Shown: in pieces, positions 28,901-38,823 of the stretch
How positions within the stretch are numbered: the stretch's first letter is position 1
Layout of the letters: each line of letters starts with the position of its first letter
IMG/VR virus record: IMGVR_UViG_3300020536_000659
Reading direction: 5' to 3' (one strand)
Origin: an uncultured virus (IMG/VR IMGVR_UViG_3300020536_000659)
Lineage: Duplodnaviria > Heunggongvirae > Uroviricota > Caudoviricetes
DNA length: 64,000 bases
Program-made: the position numbers and the translations under genes
Notes under the pieces: generated by a model
The model's database searches: none
What the model was told of the DNA's origin: nothing
The model's input: the letters and a program-made list of their open reading frames with translations, nothing else

Positions 28901-30167
28901 CTAATATTTGCGATACTGTTCCTCTAGAATTGTTATTTGACGTAACGATTTGGCCATTAACAAAACTGTTTGCATTAGAAACAGTTAGCAAAAATGTTGT
29001 CGGAACTCCCATGACCTCTGCATAGGTCGTAAAATCACTTATAGATGTTACGTTGATGTTAGAAACATTAGCGTTTAACTTGTAGTCTCCGATCGTAAAT
29101 GGGCCAGATGTTATAGATATTGTTGCTGTTCCGGAGTTAGAAGATAGCACATGATCAACATCAATAACTGTTCCATTAGCAACTACGTTAGATCCATCAT
29201 ATTTTCTTACAATATCACCAACTGAAATCGTTGCTGAATTTTGATATTCAATAAACACAGAAGGCTGCACCACAGTGTCCATAATGACAAATTTATCATT
29301 GTAAATATTATTGGCTAACAGCACTTTTTCAGAAACAAGAGAAACTGCGTTGGTGCTGTATCCCCAAAGACCATCTTCAAGAATAAAGTCAACAACTCCG
29401 GTTTCTTCGCCTACAGAAACGACTCTCGCAGATCCGCCTCTTCCTCTTTCAGAGTCCTGGAAATTAACAATATCACCAACAGCAAATTCTCTACCGTTGT
29501 CTAAGATTGTGACAGATGAAATAGACCCGATTATTCTGGCTGAGTTGTCAGTGTAGATACCGCTTCCGTTTTGCGATATGCCTACACTCTCACCTTTGAT
29601 GAATTCTTTGCTAGGATTAGATATGTACAAAATGCTGACTATACCAAATCCCGCTCTTCTTCTGATATACTTTTCGACGAAAGCTGTGGCTCCAGAGAGA
29701 GATCCTATGATTTGCTTTCCGACATAATTGATGTTTTGTTTGTTGTATGTTATTTCTAAATATCTGGGCGTTTCCCACTGACCATCAGATAGTTTGAAAA
29801 TACGTTCAGCAGGATATTGCACCTCAGCATCAACACCATAAACAAGCTTGAAGAATAGATCGATAGAACGCTCAGTTCCTTTTGATCTATAAAGATCAGA
29901 AGCATTTTTGATCAGAAGCTTTTTATTGGAAGAAACGTTAAACTGGATATTCTTGAGATACTTTTCTTTGAAGTAAACAATAAATTCATCCAAAGTCGTA
30001 TCAACATCTCGCCATTCCAAAAGATGTCTGGACTTGTATGCTGTGTTTTGTGGTAGTTCTAACCACTCATAGTAAGCTTTCATGAACGCAATAAAATTCT
30101 GCCCCTCTTCTTTGTAAAAAGCGGGGAACTGCCGTTCAATATACTGTGAGATAGTTTTTTCTATCAT
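25926..30167 (-). CDS. gp7: Baseplate wedge initiator gp7-like, with many inserted beta domains
   Basis: N-terminal QFP.FY...F.KAYYEWLE and LYRSKGTERS; C-terminal D.DYYQEYSY...HTAG.K.FG; lies between gp6 and gp8. Confidence 0.8.
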   Translation of the reverse strand: MIEKTISQYIERQFPAFYKEEGQNFIAFMKAYYEWLELPQNTAYKSRHLLEWRDVDTTLDEFIVYFKEKYLKNIQFNVSSNKKLLIKNASDLYRSKGTERSIDLFFKLVYGVDAEVQYPAERIFKLSDGQWETPRYLEITYNKQNINYVGKQIIGSLSGATAFVEKYIRRRAGFGIVSILYISNPSKEFIKGESVGISQNGSGIYTDNSARIIGSISSVTILDNGREFAVGDIVNFQDSERGRGGSARVVSVGEETGVVDFILEDGLWGYSTNAVSLVSEKVLLANNIYNDKFVIMDTVVQPSVFIEYQNSATISVGDIVRKYDGSNVVANGTVIDVDHVLSSNSGTATISITSGPFTIGDYKLNANVSNINVTSISDFTTYAEVMGVPTTFLLTVSNANSFVNGQIVTSNNNSRGTVSQILDNTITVVNTIGHFVNGNSLNDTTITNVEASVGVYNINKRSFRIDLADANTPPQWLISPYVYKYDANDDISASGLVVRSNVSSNTAILNIIPLKGFFESGDFVYTSGNTSIATVGSYTGNTRGGDFVETAGAKYRGIFSNVNFTVTSFSDGFGAGFNVGTIGETETLYINNDFINANSKTSIDITARVVTVASNTGFKVGQAVSQDRSGNFDPSTDLNTTTGVFTTTTLLPWATNNSLVVYDPGSSNTINGMIANGYYRVTNTSGNSFNLIAVHDNKLVNNTNIPNFGNNVHANTQLIRKTTIATIRGISGTNITVGDVWQGPFVTSANLYISTTPTTNTNVSAVGSLTYPTVNSYNYRYKKLRSVGLGFAKSPTGYYNSILNNLLTFQLLTVGKVASLTSVLGGSGYNVDPYVLIQEPAISGFNRKDYIIKISNVNSVFLPGEKVSQNLPNTNIYTYQVNNGVFDTTPSTKFFNSFLDVSDTDNVIYALANVFSFNSTLDLIANNGFIKLPNTQSFVAGDKVKYVTATGNTAVTTNNTILNVSFVNSTGISVGNSTGNIVLAETIKLIVPANIANNYIAVPTNPFANDDIVRYVADVGNTAILGLANNNLYYVINSNSSHLRLSNSVGGSALTLDTGGNETGHGLIKYNASANGNYLRLYKNDLQNGMLLQYIVSSGNTAVTNLTNENNYFVVNSNTYFYKLSSTLNGSSIDIANNGTFASDGHALLFIPGFSVNDPVYSSNNGGSGIIRGVYKQSGNSFIVVRNVSGTISNGDTIVLNNNPVVNSTILSANSQQEIVTAEGIVQTANSTTIVVRRIQFENLWQVGISIKGETSGANANVVSIVEDIDSLPIGLNADIQANVITAEGQVTNLQIVDSGYGYTNNEVIQFVSVDGQRAGTVKVVLGGTGIGSGYYKTSKGFLSDVICLHDGDYYQEYSYEVFSKLSVDRYADMFKKVMHTAGTKFFGSVMLINEANATLSLTESSVTGNVAG

Positions 30168-30685
30168 TACGATCTTCTTGCTACTTTATCAATTGTGTCT
30201 TTCATGCTTTCTTCTGGCCAAGGATTAGTTCCAACAACATCACCTAATCTACGAATATGTTCATCAAACTGGCCATCACTCATTTTATGAGATGGAACTG
30301 GATTACCGTAATTAAACGGATTGCCATGTTGGGCGTTGACACTATTAAGAACGTCTCTGGCCATCCAAAGAAGAGCTTTCTGATGTTTTGGTCTTTCCCA
30401 TTTAACAAGACCACCCATTTTACCCTTTGGATGACTTGTCCGCATATCTGGTGCGTTTGAATTCAAACGCACTAAACTGTTTCCGATAGCGTGATGAAGC
30501 GACTTGAGATGATTTGAATTATCATAAAGTTTTTCACTATATCCGTCTCTTGTCTTTGTTCGAGTATTGTTGTCTAACAGATGCCCAATTGCTCTGTGGG
30601 ATTTCAATAATAGTAGTTTGGTGTCAAAGGGTAGATCTGTTTTATTTTCAGATATTATTTTTTTGATTGTGTTTAATGATGACAT
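30167..30685 (-). CDS. His-rich hypothetical protein, possibly an internal head protein
   Basis: 172-aa ORF between gp6 and gp7; N-terminus MSSLNTIKKIISE. Confidence 0.6.
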   Translation of the reverse strand: MSSLNTIKKIISENKTDLPFDTKLLLLKSHRAIGHLLDNNTRTKTRDGYSEKLYDNSNHLKSLHHAIGNSLVRLNSNAPDMRTSHPKGKMGGLVKWERPKHQKALLWMARDVLNSVNAQHGNPFNYGNPVPSHKMSDGQFDEHIRRLGDVVGTNPWPEESMKDTIDKVARRS

Positions 30686-30687
30686 GT

Positions 30688-32472
30688 TTACTCCCTAATT
30701 TGCTCAACAGTAATGTTGACATCTGGCTCGAGTATATTCAGAATAACATTTTTAGAGGACTGTATGTCTTTTGTTCTGGTTCTGGCATAGATCTTTAGAT
30801 AGTTGCCTTCATATGAAGAGATATTAAAGGATTTTATTTCGATTCGTCCTTTGGCATAATCTACTGTTCCTACTTCAGCAACAAATCTGTGGCTATTTGA
30901 CGAACTTGTGACGACTCTTATTTTGCCGTTTCCATCATCTTCCAGGTTACATCTAACTCCATTAAATGTAAAGAAACTGCTGCTTATGGTGTGTTTATCA
31001 CCAGCAGGGTGATCCGCAGCAGCTGGAGGAAGATCGTCAGCCAATTCTGTCTTAAAGTCTACTGTCAGTTTTTGTGCCGCGTTTAGTTTGGGCGTCAAAT
31101 ATTTGGCGAGCTTTACTTCAGTTTCGTTTGAGACGATTGATGCTTCTGCTGAGTCAATGTTAGAAATTAGCTTTGAATAGCGGAAAATTTTAGCAAAACT
31201 GTTTAGATTGATCGAAGCAAAATTAAGAATAGAAGATATAACGATTGTTTTCATATCTTCTGGATTAAGTCCAGTTCTATTGATATTGTATTTGATGTTA
31301 CTGTCGACACGAATATACGTATAGTCGGGAGAAACGAATACTGGCTCCATAGACACTGTTGATCTGGTTCTTAAGAATTTTTTATATTCTTCTTCTTTGA
31401 TTTTTGGTAGCCCATCAATGTTTTGCAGGTCTACAGATACGAAAACTTTACCATATTGTGGAGGATCAGCCTCTTCTCCGCCAAATGCGGAGACTGCATT
31501 GATTTCCGGAAAATATTGTTTTAGAAGATTTTCATAATCTTCTGCTGTGACTGCTCTTTCTTGAGTTCCAAAAGATCTAGGCGCGTTGAATTTGATGGAA
31601 TCAATCGTTTCATTAACAGCGCCTCCAGTGGAAACGCTCAACGCTGTCACAACAACATTAGATTCGTTGTCGATGTTCTCGGCGATTCGGAATATCCTGC
31701 ATCCATTTGGCAGTTCTCCGCTTGAGACTCGATATTCTAGAATAATACCCGAATCGTTTTTGGGTTTCTTTCCAACGATTCCGTCGCCAAAAAGAACATC
31801 GTATCTTTCGTTTACCCCAGCCTGTAAAAAATATACTTTGCTGGTTTCGTCTAGATCCAAAAGAGTAGTAGCTCTTTTGTATTCTTCAATAACAGAACCT
31901 TGATCCTCGACTATGATAACCTTTAGTGATTGAAGATCGACATTTTTATTTGATATGGTATATCTGTTTTGGATTCTATCAGAATAGACATATCTATCAG
32001 TAATGAAATCCCCCTCATAAACCGAAAGGGTCGTTTTAAATGTGCTGTTTCCGGAAGTGACCACAACGTTTTGATCAGTGGTGAACAGAAACGTATTTGC
32101 GCCAATTCTGCTGGTAAATCCAGTGCCCTTTGGAATTGTGATGTTCTTTTTTTGCGGATCAGAAGAATTAATGGTAACTTCTAAGTCTGTTTTGGAAGAA
32201 CGAAATGATCTAGGAAGATAATTCAATTCTTTTGCGTGGCTAACCACAGAATCTCTTATCTGGGCCGAATCAAGAAACATTTCACTGGCTATCATGTTGA
32301 GATAGAAAGAGTTGTTATATGTGTTGTACGCTAAAAGATCCAGAAGAACTGAAATGTTGCTGGCCTCAAAATCATAATCTTTGAATTGAGGCGTTGACTT
32401 TAAATGTGTTTTTAGATTTTGTTTGAAGCTATCAAAATCCAAAGAAACCAGTGAGATACTTGTGTTTGCCAT
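30688..32472 (-). CDS. gp6: Baseplate wedge subunit gp6
   Basis: LDFD..K.NLK, F.DYDFE.S, LLDLLAYNT, FGDG, Q.RAVT.EDY, GGE...PPQYGKVF. Confidence 0.92.
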   Translation of the reverse strand: MANTSISLVSLDFDSFKQNLKTHLKSTPQFKDYDFEASNISVLLDLLAYNTYNNSFYLNMIASEMFLDSAQIRDSVVSHAKELNYLPRSFRSSKTDLEVTINSSDPQKKNITIPKGTGFTSRIGANTFLFTTDQNVVVTSGNSTFKTTLSVYEGDFITDRYVYSDRIQNRYTISNKNVDLQSLKVIIVEDQGSVIEEYKRATTLLDLDETSKVYFLQAGVNERYDVLFGDGIVGKKPKNDSGIILEYRVSSGELPNGCRIFRIAENIDNESNVVVTALSVSTGGAVNETIDSIKFNAPRSFGTQERAVTAEDYENLLKQYFPEINAVSAFGGEEADPPQYGKVFVSVDLQNIDGLPKIKEEEYKKFLRTRSTVSMEPVFVSPDYTYIRVDSNIKYNINRTGLNPEDMKTIVISSILNFASINLNSFAKIFRYSKLISNIDSAEASIVSNETEVKLAKYLTPKLNAAQKLTVDFKTELADDLPPAAADHPAGDKHTISSSFFTFNGVRCNLEDDGNGKIRVVTSSSNSHRFVAEVGTVDYAKGRIEIKSFNISSYEGNYLKIYARTRTKDIQSSKNVILNILEPDVNITVEQIRE

Positions 32473-32894
32473 TACCTTAAGCGATCCAGTTTGATGTTTA
32501 GGTTATAGGTGTTGGTATTATTTATTATTGAAAAATAGATATCAACGTTATATGAAGTCTCTTCGTTAATTAGATTTACGTGGATTTTTCTCAAAATAAC
32601 TCTTTTCTCATATGTCTCTATGCACTCTTTTATCAAATTTTGAAGCTGCTGGGAAACTATATCACTGCCTGGTTCGAATAAAAGCGAATTAATATTTGAG
32701 CCCAGATTAGGTTTATAAAATCTTTCGCCTCTATTTGTCAGTATTAAATTTCTTAATGATCTTCTAACAGCTTCGGCGTCGGTCTTGGTCACAAGCTTGC
32801 CTGTGTTTGGGTGGGCGTTAAAATTACACATAAAATCGGAATATATTGGTCCAATTGGTGGAACATTTGCTGTCCTATCGACTCTATTTGTCAT
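32472..32894 (-). CDS. gp25: Baseplate wedge subunit gp25
   Basis: AVRRSLRNLILT.RGER...P.LGS...LLFE, YE.RV. Confidence 0.9.
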   Translation of the reverse strand: MTNRVDRTANVPPIGPIYSDFMCNFNAHPNTGKLVTKTDAEAVRRSLRNLILTNRGERFYKPNLGSNINSLLFEPGSDIVSQQLQNLIKECIETYEKRVILRKIHVNLINEETSYNVDIYFSIINNTNTYNLNIKLDRLR

Positions 32895-32903
32895 TTGTTC
32901 CTC

Positions 32904-33497
32904 TTAGTCTGTGGAAAATATTTTCTCGTATTCGTATACTATAGCTTGTGTATTTATTGGATTATTTCTAATACTTTCAAGAAATGATGCTGCATCAGAT
33001 GTATCAATAGAAACAATTCCTGGAATAGCATTATTGATAACATCAGCAGTTTCTTTTACCTTTTGCAAAGCGGGTCCAACAATATTGTTTATTCTATTAT
33101 CTATAGATCTTCTTACAGAATTTTCTAATATTGATGGGGCTTGAGCAAAACATTCGGGCAGTCTCTCAGCCGCGTCATCAACGGCGTCAATGAGATCTGA
33201 GAGAGCATCAGCAAATTCTATAATTTGTTTGGCCTGTTCTATTGCTGCCTTGAGGTTTTCAACAGCTTGGCTGATGATAGAGTTTTTAAATGCGCTAATA
33301 ACTTCTTCAATAGTAGTGGGTATTTTCGCTAAAGCGGAAAATAAACTATTCAGTTTTACGCTGCTAGCGATAGCCGCTTCCAGCTGTTTTATTTGTTGCT
33401 CGATCATTACTTCTATGGTGAATAGCAATGATTGACAGTCAGTATGAGTTCTGATCGTTCTTTCTATTGACCTTATTGATTGTATGTTAATAGTCAT
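32904..33497 (-). CDS. Hypothetical helical protein
   Basis: 197-aa ORF in the operon between gp5 and gp25. Confidence 0.6.
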   Translation of the reverse strand: MTINIQSIRSIERTIRTHTDCQSLLFTIEVMIEQQIKQLEAAIASSVKLNSLFSALAKIPTTIEEVISAFKNSIISQAVENLKAAIEQAKQIIEFADALSDLIDAVDDAAERLPECFAQAPSILENSVRRSIDNRINNIVGPALQKVKETADVINNAIPGIVSIDTSDAASFLESIRNNPINTQAIVYEYEKIFSTD

Positions 33498-33499
33498 TA

Positions 33500-34318
33500 T
33501 TACCCTATCCTCTCAATAGTTCCGCCTTTTATATTTACAGTTTGGCCGACAATATCTGTGATGATTCCAGTAGCGCCCACTGCAGAACTAATTGGACCAC
33601 TAGTTACTAAGCTACCAAAAATAGTAACGTTTCCTTTCAAAGCGATGCTCTTGGCTCTTATCTCAGCGGTATTATCACAATTTATTATGGTGTCGCCGCT
33701 CACAGTTATTTCTTTATTTTTTATAGCGACTTCATAATTGCTATTTGCAGACTTAACGACTACGTTACCATCATGAAAGAATTCGACGTAAGATCCTGAT
33801 TTATGTTTAACAAGAATTCTTTCATGCTCAGGCGTATCATCTAATTCAAATATGTGGTTGACTGTTTTGGGAGTTTCTTTGGAAGATGTAGTTATGACTT
33901 TATTGTTTTTGAAGTTTGGAGAGCGTTTGGAAAGAGAGTCCACGCCAACCGCTCTTTCTTTGGCGGTAAGATTTCTTGGTATATTGTCTCCAAAGGCCAA
34001 TGTGCTTATCCCTGGTCCAACAGGGTCTGGTTTATTTTGGTTCAAACATCCTAATATCATAGGGATATTTCTATATTGACCATCAAGAAAAACGCCAAAA
34101 ACTGTGGTATCAACATTTATCCAATTAGGCGTTACGCCAATACCGCTTTGGGCGGGACTGGTCGAAGGAACCATAACATAAGCCCAAAGTAGATTTGTAT
34201 CATCGCCAATTGGTCCCTGATCTCCAGAAATTCGAATTTGAACTCTTCCTAGATTAAGCTCGTCGCCATCAATATTTGTTACTACGCCTATGAATCCCGT
34301 GAGATTTTCAACTATCAT
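33500..34318 (-). CDS. gp5: Baseplate central spike gp5-like (OB fold + beta-helix, no lysozyme domain)
   Basis: GVV...D...LGRVQIR, VFGVFLDG...PMILG, HIFELDDTP..ERI...HKSGS..E. Confidence 0.85.
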   Translation of the reverse strand: MIVENLTGFIGVVTNIDGDELNLGRVQIRISGDQGPIGDDTNLLWAYVMVPSTSPAQSGIGVTPNWINVDTTVFGVFLDGQYRNIPMILGCLNQNKPDPVGPGISTLAFGDNIPRNLTAKERAVGVDSLSKRSPNFKNNKVITTSSKETPKTVNHIFELDDTPEHERILVKHKSGSYVEFFHDGNVVVKSANSNYEVAIKNKEITVSGDTIINCDNTAEIRAKSIALKGNVTIFGSLVTSGPISSAVGATGIITDIVGQTVNIKGGTIERIG

Positions 34319-35583
34319 GAATTTGCTCCCGTATTCATCATCTCACAATATTGTCTGTAACCTATTCCTGTTCCTGCCTCAGAAGGTCTGAACATATGAC
34401 GAATTTTAGCAAATAGGTAAATTCCACTGGCCAATTCATTGGTCTCTGTGCTTGTGCCAGCGTTGATAACTGGTATATTTAACATAGCTGCAGAACCAGC
34501 ACTTAGTCTACTGTCGCCGCTTATCTCCATCCTGAGAACGTTAGAGAACAGTTTATTGACATAAGCTCTAGATAATATTTCTTTTTGTATCCTCAATAAT
34601 TCTTTTTCTTCTGTCACAGCAGCTACCATCAGGTTATTTAATTTATCCCCCTGTTTATAAATGTCACGAGGAGAGACTCTTGTGTATAGTTTCCTCTTAG
34701 GAGAAAAAGATTTAAATTTCTCGAAATCCTGCTCCTCATTATATTCGAACTGAAAGTGTTCTCCTGTGCTGATATTATAAGCAAATATCTTTGACTTTGT
34801 GCCACCGTAAACAATATTTTCAGTCAGTGACTGTTGTTTGATTTTTTGTAGAATTTCAATTTTTCTCCAAGAACTATTCTTAATATCCTTTGGTTCAGCC
34901 ACGTCATAATAAAACACCAAATCTCCTTCCGCTATCCTGGAATCAGTGGAAGCTTCGGAAAGAATCTCTTCTAAAGTTTTGAAGTGGTATCCAAATTGAT
35001 TTTCATAAAACATATACGAACTTGAGAGATAACTTCTCGACACCGCTCTCTTCTTTATAGCGTCTATGGCCTGAAAGGGATAGAGACTTGAGCAATTCAT
35101 CGTGTCAATTGAGTTGGTTTTTGAGAAAAAGAATTTTTTGTTGCTTTTAATTTTATTTTTTAAAATATCGCCAATCATATTTTCTGGAGCCAAGTTTGTG
35201 TATATCTCTCCCACTCTTATTGCAAAAGCCCTCAGCGACTCTGGAGAAATTAAATTCAAGAAATATGTTTGTGACTTATTAGAAGAATCTGGTAATATTA
35301 CGTTAACGCTGTCTACGATGAATGTCATTGTTACAAAATCTAAATTCACATCGCTTGCATATTTTATGGCAACAGTCGAGCCATTTATGGTGTCAAAATC
35401 AACGATGCCTCTAGAATCATCTAGAGAGGCCGTAGCAGTTATAAAAGGTTCAAAAACTGATTCGTATATATTAAATTCTGTGACAAAGGGGATGAGATCT
35501 AAAACAGTGCCATTCAGTTTTCTTAGTTCAAAAAATTCAATTAGAACCGAACCTTTTGGTAAAGCGTTAACGCTTTGAAACAT
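34315..35583 (-). CDS. Baseplate hub protein (gp27-like)
   Basis: IYESVF, YMFYEN..GYHFK.LE, GD..L.AG, SG.YL...IRH; position between gp53 and gp5. Confidence 0.7.
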   Translation of the reverse strand: MFQSVNALPKGSVLIEFFELRKLNGTVLDLIPFVTEFNIYESVFEPFITATASLDDSRGIVDFDTINGSTVAIKYASDVNLDFVTMTFIVDSVNVILPDSSNKSQTYFLNLISPESLRAFAIRVGEIYTNLAPENMIGDILKNKIKSNKKFFFSKTNSIDTMNCSSLYPFQAIDAIKKRAVSRSYLSSSYMFYENQFGYHFKTLEEILSEASTDSRIAEGDLVFYYDVAEPKDIKNSSWRKIEILQKIKQQSLTENIVYGGTKSKIFAYNISTGEHFQFEYNEEQDFEKFKSFSPKRKLYTRVSPRDIYKQGDKLNNLMVAAVTEEKELLRIQKEILSRAYVNKLFSNVLRMEISGDSRLSAGSAAMLNIPVINAGTSTETNELASGIYLFAKIRHMFRPSEAGTGIGYRQYCEMMNTGANS

Positions 35584-35585
35584 AT

Positions 35586-36467
35586 TTACTCCAATAGCTT
35601 TTGTAGATTTTTACTTATCAGGGAGACGCCTTCTTTACGTAACAGTTTAACGTTTCTCTTTAACTCATTTATCTCAGTTTCTCGATCAAAATAAGAAACA
35701 GGACTCCAGTATGAAGCTTCCTCCGTTGTAATGTTGTCTTCAGTATGGGGCGAGATGATAGAAGAAACGGAGTACTGTGTGTTGTCGTCAAATCTATAAA
35801 CTATATTTCCGACAGTTGTGACAAACTCTCCTGTGATATTCTTAATTGTTATTTTATTATCAACTGTGTTTACGTCAATCACTTCAGCTGATGCTACTTG
35901 TTGACCGCTTACAAATTGCGCTATTAAATCGCCAGGTATCATAGAAGTTGTTTTGTCAATTTGTAATATTCTTATTTTATTTGTTACCTTGGTCCAATCT
36001 TTTCTGTGGCGAACATAGCCAATAATTCTGTTCGCGTAATCAATATCTGCGGTATAGTATTTTTTTATATTTTTAGAAGCGTTTTCATATTGAGAAACTG
36101 AAAGTTTATCTTCTGGCTTATCGCTCCAGTTGTTTATATAAAAAACTGTTTTTTGTTTGGCCAGTTCGATATTTCCATATTTTTTGACAATCATACCGAG
36201 AAAAGATTCGCTGTCTAAAAAAACGTCGCCATAAGGATCAACAACGTCATTTGACATATAATGTATCCAGTCAAAATACGGTGAGCCGTAATATCTATCC
36301 GCGATTACATCCGCCCTTAAAGAAACATCATCATTTAGTCTTATCTGTATAAAGTTTTCTGGTTGCTGTTTGCTCGCGTCGTCCAAAACGACTTTTGCGA
36401 ATATGTTTCTAACAACATTGTTAGAGTATTCTATTATGGGAAATTTATCAAAAAACTGACTAGGCAT
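35586..36467 (-). CDS. gp53: Baseplate wedge subunit gp53
   Basis: FF.KFP.I.Y, R.D.IA..YYG....W, VS.FD.E...NE.KR..KLL. Confidence 0.85.
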   Translation of the reverse strand: MPSQFFDKFPIIEYSNNVVRNIFAKVVLDDASKQQPENFIQIRLNDDVSLRADVIADRYYGSPYFDWIHYMSNDVVDPYGDVFLDSESFLGMIVKKYGNIELAKQKTVFYINNWSDKPEDKLSVSQYENASKNIKKYYTADIDYANRIIGYVRHRKDWTKVTNKIRILQIDKTTSMIPGDLIAQFVSGQQVASAEVIDVNTVDNKITIKNITGEFVTTVGNIVYRFDDNTQYSVSSIISPHTEDNITTEEASYWSPVSYFDRETEINELKRNVKLLRKEGVSLISKNLQKLLE

Positions 36468-36487
36468 TACTGTTCCTTTAGTTTTTG

Positions 36488-37678
36488 TTAAATTGAATTC
36501 ATATCAAACGGTATAATTGGCGCCGTTGCGTTAGAAGAAACTACGCTGGAGGTGTTAGCAGTGTTGGCGGTATTGGCGGGGACAAAAGGATCAATATTTT
36601 CTTCAGAAATCTGAATTTGATTATCTTGACCCATTTTTGTAATATCAATAATTCTGTTGAGATCGACTTTTTCTCCTTCTCTTCCGAAATCTTCGCCAGT
36701 AAACAGTTCAATTTCTATCAGATTTAGTGTCAAAGCTATGAATGTCGGAGCATTTTTTTCGCCATTGAAAAAAGAAATGTTATTTTCAGGAGAATAATTT
36801 ACGCTTATAGAATCTATAACACAATGTTTTGTCTGAAACATATCTCTGGTTGTTTCTTCTTGCGAAGCCCAAGGATACAGAGAAACTTTAACCATATTTG
36901 GGTAATTAAAAACGTTATAATCTTTTGCCAGATCGCCATTTGCGTTAGTTGATACAGAGTATGTTGGCAAAGAAGAAGCTTTAATTTTTTTGATAATTTT
37001 TCTCAATGTCTCAGATTCTTCTGCGTTGTTAGGCGCGAATGTCCAAGAAAATGAATAATTTTTAAATTGCGGAGAATTGAAAATAATTGATTTATTGGGA
37101 TTCAAGGCTGCAGCCAAAGTCTGTGCGCCTATGTTTACGAAATTTCTACCAATTGTGCTTCCGCTGATAAATCTTAAAAGCGGTTGGATTGCAGCTGATG
37201 CTGTAATTCCCTGGTTAGTGTTTTGTAAAGAGTTCATAATAGCGCCAGCGATTTCTGCATCAAAGTCGCTATAATCTATTCTATAATTGTCGCTCAGGTC
37301 TGTTGGAATAGGAAAACAAACTGAGTGTAATGTGTTTATGGTCGCTGGAAGAGTTGGAGAAGGTCTTTGATATTTTTTAAAGTCCATTCTCATGTAAAAT
37401 TTATTAAGATCTGATGGATACGCAAGATTTTCGTATCCAGTTTCTGTATCTTTTGCGCCTTCAACGTCTAAAGCCCTGTCAATTTCTGCAGAATAAGTAT
37501 AATACTGAAGTCCTCTAAGATCATCAATTTCCTGAGAAGTTGCGATATTTTTTTCTTGAACAGGTGGCTCGGAATTAATTTGCGCGATTCCAGAGGAAAC
37601 AAGACGCTCAACAAAAGAAGGTAGGTTGTTTCCTGATATTTTTGATAGGGGGTTAGATAGATTGACCAGTAGCGCCAT
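36488..37678 (-). CDS. gp48: Baseplate tail-tube cap gp48
   Basis: NP....IF..P.F....F.W.F.P....E...I, YP, C.I..ISVNYSP. Confidence 0.75.
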   Translation of the reverse strand: MALLVNLSNPLSKISGNNLPSFVERLVSSGIAQINSEPPVQEKNIATSQEIDDLRGLQYYTYSAEIDRALDVEGAKDTETGYENLAYPSDLNKFYMRMDFKKYQRPSPTLPATINTLHSVCFPIPTDLSDNYRIDYSDFDAEIAGAIMNSLQNTNQGITASAAIQPLLRFISGSTIGRNFVNIGAQTLAAALNPNKSIIFNSPQFKNYSFSWTFAPNNAEESETLRKIIKKIKASSLPTYSVSTNANGDLAKDYNVFNYPNMVKVSLYPWASQEETTRDMFQTKHCVIDSISVNYSPENNISFFNGEKNAPTFIALTLNLIEIELFTGEDFGREGEKVDLNRIIDITKMGQDNQIQISEENIDPFVPANTANTANTSSVVSSNATAPIIPFDMNSI

Positions 37679-37708
37679 GCGAGTTCCCTGTCCGTTTATT
37701 ATTAATTG

Positions 37709-37727
37709 TATTTATATCAAATAAATA
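37709..37727. promoter_or_regulatory. Back-to-back late promoters
   Basis: Minus TATAAATA at 37709-37716 (gp48 operon); plus AATAAATA at 37720-37727 (gp4 operon). Confidence 0.7.
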
Positions 37728-37749
37728 AATCTGAAACAGATACCGAGAG

Positions 37750-38205
37750 TTGTACATGAGAACAATGAAGGGCAGATTTAGGCCCAATAATCCACAAAAA
37801 TACAGAGGAAACGTCAGCGATATTATTTATCGTTCAAGTTATGAATTGAAATTCATGATGTACTGTGATTCGACGCCCAATATCATAGAGTGGTCTTCAG
37901 AAGAAACTATCATACCTTATACATCACCAAAAGACAATCGCATACACAGATATTTCGTCGATTTTTTGATAAAAGTCAAAAAGAAAGATATTGTAGAAAC
38001 CTATCTTATCGAGATTAAACCCGAAAGTCAACAAAAACCTCCACCTCCACTAAAAGAAGGCAAAACTGCAACAAGAGCTTATATCAAAGAGGTTTTCACT
38101 TGGGGGATAAACGAAGCTAAGTGGAAAGCTGCCAAAAAATACTGTGAGATAAAAGGCTGGAAGTTTTTGGTGATTGGAGAGAAACAACTAAATATAAAGT
38201 TCTAA
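37750..38205 (+). CDS. gp4: Head completion nuclease gp4
   Basis: P.NP.KY.G...I.YRS.YE, WSSEE..IPY.SP.D...HRYF.DF, EIKP, N.AKW.AA. The true start may be a downstream ATG. Confidence 0.9.
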   Translation: MYMRTMKGRFRPNNPQKYRGNVSDIIYRSSYELKFMMYCDSTPNIIEWSSEETIIPYTSPKDNRIHRYFVDFLIKVKKKDIVETYLIEIKPESQQKPPPPLKEGKTATRAYIKEVFTWGINEAKWKAAKKYCEIKGWKFLVIGEKQLNIKF

Positions 38206-38220
38206 TGCGCGAGGAGCAGT

Positions 38221-38823
38221 ATGGCAACAACTATTTTTGAGGAAATTATCAGAAGAGGACTTACTTCTGGCCAATTTCCTGCCAGAACACAGCAAGCTCG
38301 AGCTTGGTACAGGGAAACAGCCAAGAAAATTCGAAACATAAACGAGCTGAGTTTCTTCAAAGCAGATAGAAACAGATTGGTTTCTACTCCTATTATAGGA
38401 AGCATGTATATGTTTTTCTACGATCCCAAAACAGCTGAGAAATTGCCATATTATGATGTCTTTCCTATGATCTTTCCTTTTAAGAAAACCGTCGATGGGT
38501 TTTATGGTATCAATTTGCATTATCTTCCCTATGAGCTCAGAGCCAAATTAATGGACGGTTTATATGAATATGCAAATAATAGCAAATATGACGAAACCAC
38601 TAAATTAAAAATGAATTATTCTTTATTACAAAGAGCCGCAAAATTAAGATTTTTTAAACCATGTGTGAAGAGATACTTGAACGGCCACGTAAAGTCTAAA
38701 TTCATGTACGTCAAACCAGAGGAGTGGGATATCGCATTGTTCTTACCACTAGAGAGATTCGTCAAGAGCAGCAAACAAAATGTTTGGGCTGACAGTCGCA
38801 GAAAATTAAGGACACAGAAATAA
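38221..38823 (+). CDS. gp2: DNA end protector gp2
   Basis: G.MY.F.YDPK....LPYYD.FP, GINLHYLP, KPC.KRYL..HV.S. Confidence 0.9.
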   Translation: MATTIFEEIIRRGLTSGQFPARTQQARAWYRETAKKIRNINELSFFKADRNRLVSTPIIGSMYMFFYDPKTAEKLPYYDVFPMIFPFKKTVDGFYGINLHYLPYELRAKLMDGLYEYANNSKYDETTKLKMNYSLLQRAAKLRFFKPCVKRYLNGHVKSKFMYVKPEEWDIALFLPLERFVKSSKQNVWADSRRKLRTQK

